Virus record (IMG/VR): IMGVR_UViG_3300037488_003551
Coordinates: 64,001-128,000 of that record
Direction: 5' to 3' (one strand)
Origin: a virus
DNA length: 64,000 bases
Part shown: positions 17,732 to 27,275 of the stretch, in pieces
Position numbering within the stretch: the stretch's first letter is position 1
Layout of the letters: each line of letters opens with the position of its first letter
Translations under genes and position numbers: made by a program
Notes under the pieces: model-generated
The model's database searches: none
What the model saw: only the letters and a program-made list of their open reading frames with translations
What the model was told of the DNA's origin: nothing

Positions 17732-18061
17732 GTGGCATTCAAAACCCTAGAAGAATATCAGCAGCGCGTTGTCGCACTCCACAAGCAAATCCGGCCCTTT
17801 GTAGACAGTAGCCACCTCGATGCCAGTGAATTCATCGTCCGCTTTACTCCGGGTGCCAGCCATAAGATGTTTCTCGACCTTTTAGAGGACGAGATTTGCT
17901 TGGTGAGTGTCTACGGGGAAGATAGGGGTATTGGCACGTACTATAAAGATGAACACGTCTTTTTTGCGGGTGGGGGAAGTCCGAGAGTTTGGCCTATGGG
18001 GAAGGCGCAGAAGATAAGAGAGTGGTTTAAAAAGAACGCTCCCGAAGTGAAGTTGTGGTGA
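17732..18061 (+). CDS. Hypothetical protein, FFAGGG family
   Basis: Paralog of 18067 and, more distantly, 19328. Confidence 0.7.
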   Translation: MAFKTLEEYQQRVVALHKQIRPFVDSSHLDASEFIVRFTPGASHKMFLDLLEDEICLVSVYGEDRGIGTYYKDEHVFFAGGGSPRVWPMGKAQKIREWFKKNAPEVKLW

Positions 18062-18066
18062 GAGGG

Positions 18067-18384
18067 ATGAGAATTTATGGGTCGATAGAAGAGTACCGGG
18101 CGTGTGTTGAGACCTATTACAAACAAATAGGGCCGTATGTCCGCCACGCCCACTTATCTGAAAGCCCTCTCTTCGTCGTATTTCTCCCGGGGGACATGGG
18201 AAAAACCTGGCTAAAGCTTTTAGCGAAAGATATTTGTTTGGTTGTTGATTATGGGGGGATAGAGAATGAACGTCTTTCCTATTCGTTCTTCGCTGGCGGA
18301 GGCGCTAAAGAAGTTTGGACTCGGCAGGAGCGTCACAAAATACGTCGATGGTTTGTGGAGCGGGCGCCGGATGTGAGGCTTTGA
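18067..18384 (+). CDS. Hypothetical protein, FFAGGG family
   Basis: EEY...V....KQI.P.V...HL...ICLV..YG...FFAGGG...VW...KIR.WF. Confidence 0.7.
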   Translation: MRIYGSIEEYRACVETYYKQIGPYVRHAHLSESPLFVVFLPGDMGKTWLKLLAKDICLVVDYGGIENERLSYSFFAGGGAKEVWTRQERHKIRRWFVERAPDVRL

Positions 18385-18435
18385 GGAGAAAAAGGATGAT
18401 TATGGTGATCATCTCTTAAATAGGAGAAAAGTGGA

Positions 18436-19224
18436 ATGAGTACAGAAATCGTAGTTCAAGAGTACATGTTCGAAAATTTGGCAGTACGCATTGGAATGTT
18501 CAACGGCGAGCCTTGGTGGGTGGCAAAGGATGTGATGGCGGCCCTAGGGTATGCGGAGAACAGCGACGTAAGCAGCATAACATCGAAGGTCCCCGAGGAG
18601 TGGAAGGGTCACAAACGGTTTGGGACCCTTGGCGGAGTACAGGAAATGATTGCACTTTCCGAGCAAGGCCTTTACCACTTCGTCGCCCGAAGCGACAAAC
18701 CGGCAGCTCTCCCCTTCCAAAAGTGGGTGGCCGGCGAGGTCCTCCCCTCCATCCGCAAAACGGGCTCCTACGGCATCCAAAAGAAGACGCCCGCCGAGAT
18801 GTTGCTCGACTCCGTGCAGATGCTCGTAGACCAAGAGAAAAAGCAGCGAGAGCACGATACGCGCCTCGTCCGCCTTGAAAAACTCGAGGAACAACGCATC
18901 CATGCGACTGTCAAAATGATGGATGAATTCCCCGTCCCAGCTGAACGCGTAGAAGAAGTCTCTGACCGGGCCATGGTCAATCGCGTGGTGCGCAACGCCG
19001 TCTATCGAAGCACAGGCCTTCGCCACAGCGATGCGTTTGCGCGGCTATATCGAGAATTCAGAGACAGGACCGGCATCGACCTCTCGGCTCGAGCTCGCAA
19101 TCGCAAACTGAAAAATGCCCTGGATGCGGCAGAAGCCGATGGTCTCATGGCCAGGCTTTACGCGGTGGCCTACGAAATCTTCGAAGTCCTGCCTATTCCC
19201 ACTGAATGGTCTGAAGAAAATTAA
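18436..19224 (+). CDS. BRO-N domain phage antirepressor-like protein
   Basis: GEPWWVAKDV..ALGY...TLGGVQ...SEQGLY...RSDKP.A..FQKWV..EVLPSIRKTGSY. Confidence 0.9.
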   Translation: MSTEIVVQEYMFENLAVRIGMFNGEPWWVAKDVMAALGYAENSDVSSITSKVPEEWKGHKRFGTLGGVQEMIALSEQGLYHFVARSDKPAALPFQKWVAGEVLPSIRKTGSYGIQKKTPAEMLLDSVQMLVDQEKKQREHDTRLVRLEKLEEQRIHATVKMMDEFPVPAERVEEVSDRAMVNRVVRNAVYRSTGLRHSDAFARLYREFRDRTGIDLSARARNRKLKNALDAAEADGLMARLYAVAYEIFEVLPIPTEWSEEN

Positions 19225-19239
19225 TCCCGTTTAAAAGAA

Positions 19240-19282
19240 GAAGAGCGCCTACGTGAGATAATCACGTGGGCGTTCTTTTTTT
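19240..19282 (+). terminator. Intrinsic terminator
   Basis: AAGAGCGCCTACGTGA/TCACGTGGGCGTTCTT stem followed by T-run. Confidence 0.8.
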
Positions 19283-19293
19283 GACGCCATCCT

Positions 19294-19302
19294 TGGTATA
19301 AG
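19294..19302 (+). promoter_or_regulatory. TGGTATAAG promoter motif
   Basis: Immediately after a terminator and before a new gene run. Confidence 0.5.
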
Positions 19303-19327
19303 AGGGGGACAGAAAAGAAGGTTTGGT

Positions 19328-19672
19328 GTGACTTATTCCGAACAGGTGAAGGTCTTCGAAAAAAGGATAGCGCCTTTTATCAGCGGGGCCTCGGATGGAA
19401 TCGAATACGCCGGCTTTATCTGCTCGGTCTACCACTTTTTAAGCGAGGCCACACGACGGGAATGGGACTGGATTGGGCGGAAAAAGGTCGTGGTGCTCGG
19501 CTCCGGGGGGCCTAAGAGCCTCGTGATTGGGCGAGGGTGGGATAGGGGTAAGTGGCATAGCCCTGACCCTATAAGCCGCGTAAAAGAGTGGTCCAGGCAC
19601 TACTGCCCGGGGATGATGGAGGAGAAGGAATGGACACTGGACGGACTGAGAATGAAGAGTCGGGGAGGCTGA
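19328..19672 (+). CDS. Hypothetical protein, distant FFAGGG family member
   Basis: Y..QV..F.K.IAPF...W....P. Confidence 0.6.
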   Translation: MTYSEQVKVFEKRIAPFISGASDGIEYAGFICSVYHFLSEATRREWDWIGRKKVVVLGSGGPKSLVIGRGWDRGKWHSPDPISRVKEWSRHYCPGMMEEKEWTLDGLRMKSRGG

Positions 19673-19962
19673 GAAAAGCTCTGGGGGTGCTGAGGGAGCT
19701 GGCCTACCTGTACGAAAGTCGAGCAGACGATATGGGGAACTACAAAGGGTATCAAGGGCCTATCTGGCGCACCAACATCATCTGCGTGTCAGAAGAGGCG
19801 GGAGAGGCGCTGAGGGGGTTGTTAGAAGAGTGTGGGGTAGAGGCTGAGGTAAAAAATGAGTCCGCTTTTGGGGGCCGGCTCGTCGTCATGAGCGTGGAGC
19901 TTATAAATGCGGAAGTAGAGCAGATTCGGAGTGAAAGTTTGGAGGCAGGAGGTGTGGCGTGA
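19630..19962 (+). CDS. Hypothetical protein, divergent MTPFE family
   Basis: GGAGAAGGA RBS; V.EEA...L..LL pattern. Confidence 0.55.
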   Translation: MDTGRTENEESGRLRKALGVLRELAYLYESRADDMGNYKGYQGPIWRTNIICVSEEAGEALRGLLEECGVEAEVKNESAFGGRLVVMSVELINAEVEQIRSESLEAGGVA

Positions 19963-20234
19963 CACCCTTCGAAGAAATCATGGTGGTCTACAAGCAGGTG
20001 ATGATGCTTCTCAACCATGCGAGACACAGCTGCACGGTCTGGGAAGCAGACCTGGGTGGAAACAACTACGTGGGTACGTGGGTCGCAGTAACTCTTGAGG
20101 CAGAACGGGTAATAATTGAGTTGATACGAACAAAAACAAAGGCTGCAGTGTACGCCATAGAGTGTGACCTGCGTGTGAGTTGCCCTGTCACCAATGAAGA
20201 AAGTAGGAAGGTACGACGAATGAAGGAATTTTGA
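19959..20234 (+). CDS. Hypothetical protein, MTPFE family
   Basis: Tandem paralog. Confidence 0.7.
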   Translation: MTPFEEIMVVYKQVMMLLNHARHSCTVWEADLGGNNYVGTWVAVTLEAERVIIELIRTKTKAAVYAIECDLRVSCPVTNEESRKVRRMKEF

Positions 20235-20237
20235 AAG

Positions 20238-20543
20238 ATGACGCCCTTTGAAAAGGTTCTGGAAGTTGCGAAACAGGCGTCGATGCTGATTGAAGAAGCG
20301 CACCATGACTGGACTTATCCCACGGCAAGCTCTATCCACCATTACGCGATATACAAAACTGTTTATGTGTACGAAGGGTCGTACGTGGGCGTTACAGAAA
20401 AAGCAGCGCGGATGCTGCTCAATCTTTTTAAGGAAGTGGCGGATGTCAGATATTCACGCTTGGACCGCGTGGTAACTGTGTCGTGCTGTCTAAGTAGAGA
20501 AGGAAGAGACCGAGTCGAGGAGTTATGGAGGAAGGATGAATGA
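20238..20543 (+). CDS. Hypothetical protein, MTPFE family
   Basis: Tandem paralog. Confidence 0.7.
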   Translation: MTPFEKVLEVAKQASMLIEEAHHDWTYPTASSIHHYAIYKTVYVYEGSYVGVTEKAARMLLNLFKEVADVRYSRLDRVVTVSCCLSREGRDRVEELWRKDE

Positions 20544-20809
20544 CACCTTTTGAAAAGGTTCTGGGGACTCTCAAACAAGCGTCAGTACTCGTCGAAAAAG
20601 TAAAGCATGGATGGGCGGTTCCACCTGGACGGCCAAAATACGTATACGTGGGCTCCGTATTAGGCGTGACACGCGAAGCCGCCCTGGAACTAAAAGAGCT
20701 GTTAGCAGACGAGCGTATTAGGGTCTGCCTATCTAGCCGCACTATGAGTATCGAGTGCGTTTTAACTGGAATGGAGATGTTGGTACTAGAGAGGATGAGA
20801 ATAGAGTGA
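20540..20809 (+). CDS. Hypothetical protein, MTPFE family
   Basis: Tandem paralog. Confidence 0.7.
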   Translation: MTPFEKVLGTLKQASVLVEKVKHGWAVPPGRPKYVYVGSVLGVTREAALELKELLADERIRVCLSSRTMSIECVLTGMEMLVLERMRIE

Positions 20810-21081
20810 CGCCTTTTGAAAAGGTTATGGGAGTTTATAAGAAGGCTGAGATGCTCATCGAGAGCGTTCATCATAACTGGCATTACTCGCGGGACGGGGG
20901 AGGCGCCATCTATTCGGGTAGCTACACAGGACTGACATGTGATGTGGCGCACGAATTATGGGCGCTATTCAAAGAAGCAGGAGCCTGGACTTGGATTTCA
21001 GCCCGTATCGTGTCCGTGGAGTGCCCCATCACCGACGACGAAAAGGTATGGGTGAATAAGAAGCGAGGTTATAGGGGATGA
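20806..21081 (+). CDS. Hypothetical protein, MTPFE family
   Basis: GTG start at 20806 gives MTPFEKV. Confidence 0.7.
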   Translation: MTPFEKVMGVYKKAEMLIESVHHNWHYSRDGGGAIYSGSYTGLTCDVAHELWALFKEAGAWTWISARIVSVECPITDDEKVWVNKKRGYRG

Positions 21082-21494
21082 GACGAAGAAGAAGGCACAA
21101 AATAAATCGATGCATCTTGAAACCCACCGAAGACCAGCTGGAAGCGGCTTACTACGCGGTCAAGGGCTGGGCGAAACAGCATGGGGCCTTAATTGAAAAT
21201 GCTTCGGAGAAAGACTTTTGGATGGACGTTACGGATGGACATGGAATTTTAAGTATCTACTGGCCTAGGCTCAGCACGCTAGAAACAGCGCAATTTGCTT
21301 TTGAAAATAGGAAAGGCCGTGTGTTTGCGTTCCAAGACGCCACACAGCGAACACGAGCTCAAGAGATTATGAATATGGGAATCGTGCTCGATGTCTGGGG
21401 CGTGTCCCGTAAGAACGCTAAGAGGTATGTGGAGTACCGGAGGTGGCTGAAGGTCGAGCGAAAGTACTTGAGATGGGTGCGGAGACATTTTTAG
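21078..21494 (+). CDS. Basic hypothetical protein
   Basis: 138 aa, ATGA overlap. Confidence 0.65.
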   Translation: MRRRRRHKINRCILKPTEDQLEAAYYAVKGWAKQHGALIENASEKDFWMDVTDGHGILSIYWPRLSTLETAQFAFENRKGRVFAFQDATQRTRAQEIMNMGIVLDVWGVSRKNAKRYVEYRRWLKVERKYLRWVRRHF

Positions 21495-21532
21495 GGATAG
21501 ATTAAACAATCACGGAAGAAGAGGTAGGTTTC

Positions 21533-22366
21533 ATGCAACATGCAATTGAACAACGTTGGCACGCGGTGATTCGGTTTTCTGAAGAGTTCACTCGAGTGAT
21601 GAAAGATGGAGGGTTTACAGGTAATTATAAAGATATAAAAGAACGAGGAGTATACTATCGCGAGTTTGAAATGACAGACGATAAAGTACTGAAGAAGAAG
21701 CTGCAGTTAATACATCAAAAAATACGTATCCCAAATTTTAGTGTTGATAGTAGAGTAGGATTTCAACTTACATATACTGAGAGATACCATAAAATAGCCT
21801 ATGCAAGAGATGATGGTCATAGGGTAGGAAACATGATTCCTGAAGTGTTCCTTGTAAGCTTAAACCCTTCCATATCAGCAGAAGAGTCAATGGCACTCAT
21901 AGCACAAAGGTCATTGGGTTACTATACGCATTTCAACTATAAATGCCAGACAACACTAGAACACTGCATGGAAGTACTACAAGAAGATAAACACAGAACA
22001 GCACAAGATGAGAAGATGGATAGAACAATGTGTGAAAGAGAAATAGACCGACACACACTTGAAAAGAGAGTGTTGAGAATCACCTGCACTGACCCGCAGC
22101 ACTTTCCGCAGCTCCAAAAGGTTCAGGATGTCCCCGGGGTCGAGGAGGTGACGCCGGAGTCCGCTACTACTATGAAGGTCAAGCTCTCCGTCTTCGGGGC
22201 GGAAAAAGAGCTACGGGAAACGACTGAGTGGTACTACGACGGGCACCAATGTATTCAAAAGGCAGAAGTTTCGTCTATAGATATAATAGACGATAGTCGA
22301 GAGGAGAGTCCCAAAATGGTGGAGATGACCGAGGCAGAAATCTGGGGGTGGGAGCCCGACGCGTAA
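21533..22366 (+). CDS. Hypothetical protein
   Basis: 277-aa ORF, GAGG RBS. Confidence 0.7.
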   Translation: MQHAIEQRWHAVIRFSEEFTRVMKDGGFTGNYKDIKERGVYYREFEMTDDKVLKKKLQLIHQKIRIPNFSVDSRVGFQLTYTERYHKIAYARDDGHRVGNMIPEVFLVSLNPSISAEESMALIAQRSLGYYTHFNYKCQTTLEHCMEVLQEDKHRTAQDEKMDRTMCEREIDRHTLEKRVLRITCTDPQHFPQLQKVQDVPGVEEVTPESATTMKVKLSVFGAEKELRETTEWYYDGHQCIQKAEVSSIDIIDDSREESPKMVEMTEAEIWGWEPDA

Positions 22367-22782
22367 ACCATACAAAAGGAGGGTATGGGAGGGTTCGCAG
22401 CGCTTACGGGAAAGGGGAGATGCTGCTTGAGAATATTCGGCCTAAAAGACAAATGAAAATCAATACTTAAGTATAATTTCCAGATATAAGACTTTTTCCA
22501 AGATACATAAACAACGTCAATTAGGATTTACCATATGAAAATTATCTGTTGTTAATTCTGGATTGTCTAACCCAACTTAAAAGGGCTATGCGACCCCCAT
22601 CCCCGACTCAAAAGGGTGGTGCTTGTACTTACTCCTGAGAAACAGGGAGGAGCACGCAGCATCTTTTGTGTTTAGAAAGTAGTGGATATCTTTAAATTTT
22701 TTAGTTGAAAAATGAGTATCAAATTCTCATCCGTTAAAAAATAAAAAAATATAAAGTCGGCGTAAAAATAGCTTAAATGGGT

Positions 22783-22857
22783 GTCTCTTCTCTTCTCTTC
22801 TTTTCTTTCTAACTCTTTCTAATGATTAAAGAATAAGAGAAGAGAAGAGAAGGGGAC
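22783..22857. repeat. Inverted (CTCTT)n/(AAGAG)n polypyrimidine-polypurine repeat
   Basis: About 18-22 bp arms around a 30-nt AT-rich spacer. Confidence 0.8.
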
Positions 22858-23279
22858 GGGTGGTGGACACAACATATCCACGAACTCCGGATGCTTTTGG
22901 ATGTGTCATTTACGCGGACGTGAGATTCAGGGGTACTTCGTAAAGCGACGTAGGCTTAATACGTGGGGGAAGAGTGTATCAGGTGTTTATACTCATTTAT
23001 AGAGAATCTGGAAGAGATGGGTGAGTTCGGCGAAAACTGCGTTCGCTCGTGTGTAAATGAGCAGTCCGAAGGCAGAAAGTTCCTGCGGAGACTATTCTTT
23101 AGCGATATATTTTGCGCGGAATCCTTGATATTTAAGGCTTTTATCCTCCGGCATACGCTTTATTATTTCTTTGTAGCACTTTTTTCCGTAAACATTCCTG
23201 TTTTTATTTCTCTAGCTTTTTAAATCTAGGACTATACTTATTTTATTTCCTTTCATTTGTATTCGCATACTTAGGTCTC

Positions 23280-23309
23280 TTGACCTCCCTCCCTCGAGTG
23301 TGGTACTCT
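23280..23309 (+). promoter_or_regulatory. Sigma70-like promoter
   Basis: TTGACC-N18-(TGG)TACTCT. Confidence 0.5.
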
Positions 23310-23328
23310 CTCAGGAGAAAGTACAAGC

Positions 23329-23508
23329 ATGACCCTTTTCTACCAACTATATCGGGCGAAAGGCTCAATTTTCTCAGCCTCACTAATTCCATATTTTTAT
23401 GGAAAATATTTTGGTGTGTGCTTTGTGTGTCTTTATCTTACTTTTACTTACTTTAACTTACCTGTTTTTAGGTTTAAATATCCAAAACTGTCCCCTAACC
23501 CCGTTTAA
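23329..23508 (+). CDS. 59-aa hydrophobic peptide (MTLFYQ...)
   Basis: AGGAG RBS after promoter; stop precedes RBS of next gene. Confidence 0.4.
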   Translation: MTLFYQLYRAKGSIFSASLIPYFYGKYFGVCFVCLYLTFTYFNLPVFRFKYPKLSPNPV

Positions 23509-23519
23509 GAGGTGTTTAT

Positions 23520-26500
23520 ATGTCGTACGAAAACGCACAGAATCCTACAGATGTCCCCGATTCCTCCTCGGCTGCCGCCCTATCGGACGCAGTAGACCTT
23601 GTTCTTGATCAAGACTTGATTCTTTCGCGGCAAGGTCAGAACCTTTCTGTAAGCCCGCCTAGCGCTCTTCCCTGCCCCGAGGGTCCCGAGATGCCACCCC
23701 TCGACCTTGAGGGCGTTCACGTGGCGCCTGGAGTGCTCTTGCGGAAGCCGCGCTTGCCGGCGGTGCGCCTCGATGCCGCTCAGTATCTGACCTTTCCCGA
23801 AGAATGCGCAACCCCTTTCACTCTTCTAGCTCGAGAGGTAACGCATCAGTGCCCGACTATCTCGCGAGATACCTATCACCAATTAAGCCTATACCGGTCT
23901 TTTAAGCCGGTAGAACTGGGTAGCCTTCTTTCGTACGACGCAGGTTGTTTTGTATCTTTGGCGCATGCTATTATTAAAGAAGATGGCAATGTGCATAAGT
24001 TTGCCCTAGATACGCAAGCTACGCACTATGATTGGTTACGCATTTCTGCTACAAAGTTCGTAAGACTTCTTCTTCACCCTGAGACATCCCTACCCACTTT
24101 TGTAGATAATAGCCTATCATATTTTGATGGTTCTTTAAATGGTATATCTTCTTCTGAATTTCCTTCTGAATTTCCTTCTGGTCTCCTATCCTTAGATGCT
24201 CTTTACCGCGTCTTTTTCTTAGATAGGGCATTACCTTACTATGTCTATTTATATGCAATGGATATTCGAGGCGAAAGGGCGATGCTTAAGGCTGATGAAC
24301 TTGCCTTTATTTCTACGTTTGATTATTATACTTTTGTAGCGGCTATTACGTATCTAGGAAGTCTTTTATTAATGGCAGCAGAAGGTTTTAGCCGTATTCT
24401 TTATGAGGGTGTTCGTTGGATGCTTTTGCGCGCTTATTGTAATTTAGGTATTTTAGAATGGACAATCGTAAAAGCCCACTTATCTAAGGACAATCCAGAC
24501 TATAGCCGAATTGTTTTTTCTGGTATGTTGTCTCCTTCTGAACGATTTAACTCCAAGGATACTACATGTGATTCTTATGCGCAATATGGGTGGGAATCTT
24601 TTCGCCGTACATCCAATGCGCCATTTTACTTAGCATCGATAACTCAGATTGCATTCTTTAATTCACATAGATATGAGTCAAGTGATAGATTATTTGATTT
24701 ACAAGACCGTTGTTTAAGTGGAGGATATGTTCCCTACAAATCAACAACTCTAAAACGAAAGATTAGTGAGGAGCATTACAGAAAGAAAGATTTAAAGCGC
24801 TTCTGTACTTATGCTTTAGAAGAAGAAGAATGCATCTTTTGTCGTATTCCTATCACCGAAGATAACACACTAGATATAGCACACGAATTATATTTTCTGT
24901 TTGAATTATTAGGTATTAATAAGCAGGATTTTGGTGGTACTAAGTATTTACCGTACTTTTTACAGAAAACTAAATTAGAAGAAGTACGCTCTTCTAATCC
25001 AACTTCCAATTTAATTCCTTCTTCTTTGTGTTTTCCTTTACCACCTAATTTGGGTATAAATCGTTTCAAATCGGAACCTATTTATCGCTTTGACTTTGCT
25101 CGATATTTACAAGTACGCTATTCTATAACGTTTAATCCCTTTATCTTGGACACTATTCCGCGTCTTATTTACCGTAGTATCTTTGATGAGCAAGCAAATA
25201 CTTTAACACCAATAGCTCAACTTCGCGATGAATATTCAAAGTTAAATGTCTTATATGAAGATAGTCTTGCTAATAAAAAGTATGATATTAGCAAAGGTGC
25301 CTCGGATGAAGCTGCCCGAAAATTAATGCAAGGGGAGGCTAAAATAGAATTATCTGATCTCGAAAACAAAATTAAAGAATCATTACTTGAATTATTTTCA
25401 ACTATTTTAGCTAATCAATTAGATTTAGAATCTTATCGCACTAGTAAATTAAATAAAGAGGACCTTATCTCTTTGATAACTTCGTCCAATTCTTTGAAAT
25501 CATGGGAGATTTATTTATCGCTTGAAGACTTAACACAGATGTCAACTGTTATTCATAGTTCTTATTCTAATCCTTCTCCTAAAGCAATTATAGCTAAGAC
25601 TAAAGCGTTATCTATAGTCGTACCTGACTCTATTTCTGATACAGTTTATTTACCTCGACCAAATGTTAATCATCCTGATGCCATGTTCTTTGCGCTTAAG
25701 GTTCCACCCGTGAGTGCTGAAACAATGATTGTTACTTCTTTCAAAAATATTCTTTACGCTGGTTTTTCGGGTGTATTACAAGGCATTATATCTAGAACTA
25801 TTGAAAATGATGAGCTTACAAAACCTAAGACACGTACTTATAAAGTTTATCCTTACACTTTTGTACCGTTAGCTACGCTTTGTGGGAATAGAGGTTTAAT
25901 GCAAAGCTTGGGAGAGTACATCGATATGCCAACCATTATTGATATTTATCAGAATTTACAGTTAGAATATCCTCAAACAGATATTTTTGCTTTAGCGTGT
26001 CGCATGGGAATAACTCCATATTGGATGGAGCAGCATTTAGGGTCGACAAACGCTAAGCATTATTTTGAGCTAAGCAGTAGGATTCGAATGAATCCTATTG
26101 TCATGGAACAGTTGGCTTCTATTTACTCTATTCCAATCCCGGATCATATTCCTACTTTAACCGTTGCGGATTATGACCGCATACGTAATTCAGGTCGAGT
26201 TTTAAATTATGTCCCACGCTTTACGGATATCAATGACCAATATATTCGCAAATTGTTTTCGCCCGATATGACTAAGGCAGACAAGAAGTGCCTTCTCGAC
26301 AATTGTAAAGGCCACACCTGGAAATCCATCGAAGCCCGTGCTAGAGTCATATCCAAGAAGATGCTCGAAGAAGAACGAGTCTTCAACATCAACATCCTCC
26401 CTGTCCGCAACTATACAGCCAAGACGAGAGAGCTCTTGGAGCGCAACTTCAACACTGCTTTGAACGTTGACCACCGCCTCAAAGTGGACGATACTAAGAA

Positions 26501-26558
26501 GACTGAAGCCGCGTTAAGAAAGAAATACTTGACGCCCCGTCCTCGGAGGCCGCTATGA
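23520..26558 (+). CDS. Large (1012 aa) orphan protein with possible C-terminal Myb/SANT-like HTH
   Basis: GAGGTG RBS; RFTDINDQYIR...HTWKSIEARA motif; CIFC...LDIAH internally. Confidence 0.75.
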   Translation: MSYENAQNPTDVPDSSSAAALSDAVDLVLDQDLILSRQGQNLSVSPPSALPCPEGPEMPPLDLEGVHVAPGVLLRKPRLPAVRLDAAQYLTFPEECATPFTLLAREVTHQCPTISRDTYHQLSLYRSFKPVELGSLLSYDAGCFVSLAHAIIKEDGNVHKFALDTQATHYDWLRISATKFVRLLLHPETSLPTFVDNSLSYFDGSLNGISSSEFPSEFPSGLLSLDALYRVFFLDRALPYYVYLYAMDIRGERAMLKADELAFISTFDYYTFVAAITYLGSLLLMAAEGFSRILYEGVRWMLLRAYCNLGILEWTIVKAHLSKDNPDYSRIVFSGMLSPSERFNSKDTTCDSYAQYGWESFRRTSNAPFYLASITQIAFFNSHRYESSDRLFDLQDRCLSGGYVPYKSTTLKRKISEEHYRKKDLKRFCTYALEEEECIFCRIPITEDNTLDIAHELYFLFELLGINKQDFGGTKYLPYFLQKTKLEEVRSSNPTSNLIPSSLCFPLPPNLGINRFKSEPIYRFDFARYLQVRYSITFNPFILDTIPRLIYRSIFDEQANTLTPIAQLRDEYSKLNVLYEDSLANKKYDISKGASDEAARKLMQGEAKIELSDLENKIKESLLELFSTILANQLDLESYRTSKLNKEDLISLITSSNSLKSWEIYLSLEDLTQMSTVIHSSYSNPSPKAIIAKTKALSIVVPDSISDTVYLPRPNVNHPDAMFFALKVPPVSAETMIVTSFKNILYAGFSGVLQGIISRTIENDELTKPKTRTYKVYPYTFVPLATLCGNRGLMQSLGEYIDMPTIIDIYQNLQLEYPQTDIFALACRMGITPYWMEQHLGSTNAKHYFELSSRIRMNPIVMEQLASIYSIPIPDHIPTLTVADYDRIRNSGRVLNYVPRFTDINDQYIRKLFSPDMTKADKKCLLDNCKGHTWKSIEARARVISKKMLEEERVFNINILPVRNYTAKTRELLERNFNTALNVDHRLKVDDTKKTEAALRKKYLTPRPRRPL

Positions 26559-26902
26559 GTAAGAAGCCTGTAACAGAGAAACCTTCTACGGAAAAGCCCC
26601 TTGTTAGAGTCAACACTAAAACGTTTGTGGATACGGGTTTGGTGTGGCTAATTAATCGTTTCCTCCACTTGTACGGCTTTGCCATTGCATACGACATGAA
26701 CGAGGAGACGGGTGAATGTTCAGACTTCTACGTCTGCCGCACTATCTTCCGAGGATTCGAGGAGCCTTTTGACAGCGAGGGTTACGAGAGGGTGGCTCGG
26801 TACATGAAGGAAAACGCTGCCGAGCTCTATACCGAGGCTGAGTACCCCGTCGCCGCAGACTTCGTTCACCGCGGCTCCAGAGACGCTCTCCTTCCTCGTT
26901 GA
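26555..26902 (+). CDS. Phage hypothetical protein (TGLVWLINRFLH...FRGF type)
   Basis: GGAGG RBS; ATGA overlap. Confidence 0.75.
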   Translation: MSKKPVTEKPSTEKPLVRVNTKTFVDTGLVWLINRFLHLYGFAIAYDMNEETGECSDFYVCRTIFRGFEEPFDSEGYERVARYMKENAAELYTEAEYPVAADFVHRGSRDALLPR

Positions 26903-26928
26903 CGTCTCGGGGGTACCTCTGGTAGGCT
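26899..26928 (+). promoter_or_regulatory. Sigma70-like promoter
   Basis: TTGACG-N18-(TGG)TAGGCT. Confidence 0.5.
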
Positions 26929-26934
26929 CTCTCT

Positions 26935-27087
26935 AACATGGTCCAAGTTCGGCGGCTGCTGCCGGCTCTAGTAATGGTTCTAGGGCTTGCAGCAGCTGCA
27001 TTTTTCTCGTATGCTTTAGGTAGCTCGAGTTACCTCGGGTCAGCGCTCTTCAGACTCCCCCCCGGTCTGCTGAGCGCTTTTTTTCTT
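26935..27087 (+). ncRNA. Candidate three-hairpin small RNA ending in a terminator
   Basis: Long GCGGCTGCTGC/GCAGCAGCTGC hairpin, AGGTAGC/GTTACCT hairpin, AGCGCTC...GAGCGCT + T-run; alternative is the 95-aa ORF 26938..27225. Confidence 0.4.
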
Positions 27088-27275
27088 GCGTCATCACTCG
27101 TCTACGCTTATAGTGAGTTTCTCGGAAGCTCTCCTGTGTTGGTTGTCATTGTCCGTCCATTCTCTCCGCCAGTCCCAATGGATTCACCCGCTGCTCCTAA
27201 CCAGTGGGTGAGTTCTATTTTTTGATTCTAGAATCTCGTATTCCCCTATACTTCTCGTAGAAATGGAGACTCGCC

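Noticed and set aside
22751-22760. ATAAAGTCGG match to the TnpB guide
   Set aside because: Only 10 nt, outside the 5' seed, with mismatched seed positions; compatible with chance
22963-23223. 86-aa ORF in the non-coding gap
   Set aside because: No RBS; low-complexity Phe-rich translation of T-rich DNA
24150-24180. 12-bp tandem repeat (SEFP)x2.5
   Set aside because: Short in-frame duplication with no evident function
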